From the NCBI RefSeq assembly GCF_963921235.1, contig NC_086102.1, forward strand, positions 27,218,001-27,282,000: 64,000 nucleotides of DNA, read 5' to 3'. How positions within the stretch are numbered: position 1 is the stretch's first letter; every line of letters starts with the position of its first letter. Of this stretch, positions 62,270 to 64,000 are shown piece after piece. The DNA is from Mobula hypostoma (Eukaryota). The translations under genes were made by a program, and so were the position numbers. The notes under the pieces were generated by a model that saw only the letters and a program-made list of their open reading frames with translations, was not told the DNA's origin and did not search any database.

Positions 62270-64000
62270 GCAACCCAGTTACGGGGTACGTAACAGTGGT
62301 AAATGTGTCACTCTGAAAACTCGCCTAATACAGACTTCTGGACTATGGGTCTGAGTGTGCCAAACAGGTGATCTCCTTGCCTGGCCAGGGTGACACTGAG
62401 CCTTCAGAACTAATGGACCACATGCCATCTCTCCTGGGCAGTCACCATCCTCCTTTTATTTTTAAAGAACTCTTCATGCAACAACTGCCTGATCAAGTTC
62501 ACACAGCCCTTGCCAATACACCTGTGAAGGGCTTTAAGGAGCTTGCTAAAGTGGCCAATAGTCTACACTCAGCCAGACAGAGATACATCGTTCCTCCTTT
62601 ACCTATCTTAACAAGCCCTATCAGCAGAGCCTCCAACAGACTTGTGCCTGCAGCTCTGAACTAGACAATGCTGGGTCCATGTTTTTACCATGCATTCTTT
62701 GGCAAAAAGCCAAGAGGTGTGGACCACCATGCAGCCTTGATAGTGGGTTCCAGCTGTCATCTGTTTGTTATGGACATCCTTTCAGGGCACCGCTTCCCCT
62801 GTGACATGGGTGCTCTTGTGAGTGTGCTGCCAGCATTGCCCATTGATTATAAGGCAGAGAGCGATGGACCCTCACAGGAAACGGCCAACGGCAGCAGGAT
62901 CCTGACTTGCAGGACATGACTTGTGATGCTCTGCTTCAGTGGACAGTGTTGCATATGGGACTTTTGTCATGGCTGAAGTTGCTAGACCACTGCTCAGTGC
63001 AGATTTCCTTTGCACCAAAGTACCGTTAGTAGATCTTGGGAACTGCCGCCTGTGGATGCAAAGGACTTTGAGTCGTTACTCTGCTCCCCCAGTAAGTTCC
63101 CCACGATGACTCTGTTACCTGCGTCACCACATGGGAATTTACCGGCCTGCTGAGCGAATTCCCTGCCCTCACCATGTCCACGTTCTCCACTACTGCCACA
63201 AAACATGGGGTCGAGCGCCACATTCCCATAACTGGCGCGCTAGTCCATGCCTGTGCACGTAGACTGGACTCAGAAATGCTGCCCAGTGTGAAGGCAGACT
63301 TTAAACATGGAAATTCTTAGCATTGTATACAGGTTGACTAGCTGTTCACCCCTACACATAGTGCTTAAGTCCAATAGTGATTGCCATCCAAGCAGCGGTT
63401 ACCAGCGGCTTAATGTGGCCACCACTCCTGGTCCCACATATTTCTTGGCATGTTTAGCTGGAAAAATATTTTTTGCTAAAGTGGACTTAGTGACGGGCTA
63501 CTTGTGTGCATTGAGGACATTCCCAAAACTGCTGTTATAACCCTGTTTGGCCACCTTGAATTTCTGTGAATGCCATTTGGGCTAAAAAATGAAGTTCAGA
63601 CTTTCCAGCGACTAATGGACTCTGTTAAAAGACTTCGATTTTCTTTTTGTTTACCCGAACGACAGACTTGTCACCAGCGCATTCAAAACCGAACGTTTAT
63701 CACATTTCCACACACTCTTCAAGTGCTTAAGCCAACATGGGCAGTCTGGGTTGTCTACCATTGACCTTCTATGCCACTGCATCTTCGCAGAAGGTGTAAC
63801 ATCCCTGCCATCAAAGTCACCACTGTTAGGGACTTTCCATTGCCTCGCACTACCAAAGCACTGCAAGAGTGTTTGGATATGGTGAATTTCTACCACTGTT
63901 TCATTCCATGTGCTGCTGAACTTACAATCCCCTGGTATGGTGCCCTTAAAGGCAGTTCCCCTTATTGTACATTTGAGTGGTCTGTGGACATGATCGGAGC
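62270..64000 (+). mobile_element. Decayed Gypsy/Ty3 LTR retrotransposon gag-pol, running off the window
   Basis: Gag-like PSELMDHM..FKELFMQQLP, protease-like CDMGALVSVLP, RT KIFFAKVDL and MPFGLKN..QTFQRLMD. Confidence 0.85.

Noticed and set aside
37400-64000. TMEM50B or DONSON coding exons
   Set aside because: No recognisable peptide found by eye or in the ORF track, so no gene symbol was assigned. Short exons could have been missed.

Overview
Vertebrate, repeat-rich genomic window. The repeat set (CR1 LINEs, HE1-like tRNA SINE, Penelope-like elements) suggests a cartilaginous fish, probably a ray; this is inference. Host genes: (1) the 5' half of GART on the minus strand, with seven GT-AG coding exons between 20514 and 2682 (145, 96, 175, 112, 69, 126, 88 bp) encoding the GARS domain, and a candidate non-coding exon 1/promoter at ~27.3-27.45 kb; (2) an intronless DNAJC28 CDS on the plus strand (32322-33407), head-to-head with GART; (3) an orphan CpG/CCAAT promoter at ~37.1-37.4 kb whose coding exons were not found. 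The rest is layered mobile DNA: a near-intact full-length CR1 with tandem 5' promoter-like monomers, CR1 and Rex1/Babar fragments, an RLE (HERO-like) LINE, RTE, Penelope-like elements and their palindromic derivatives carrying minimal hammerhead ribozyme motifs, Tc1, Tigger, hAT and Harbinger-like elements, solo LTRs and a decayed Gypsy. The most notable signal is a complete set of hammerhead core elements in a non-canonical, pseudoknotted strand order in the 3' UTR of the RLE LINE (13001-13061). Boundaries of old repeats are approximate.
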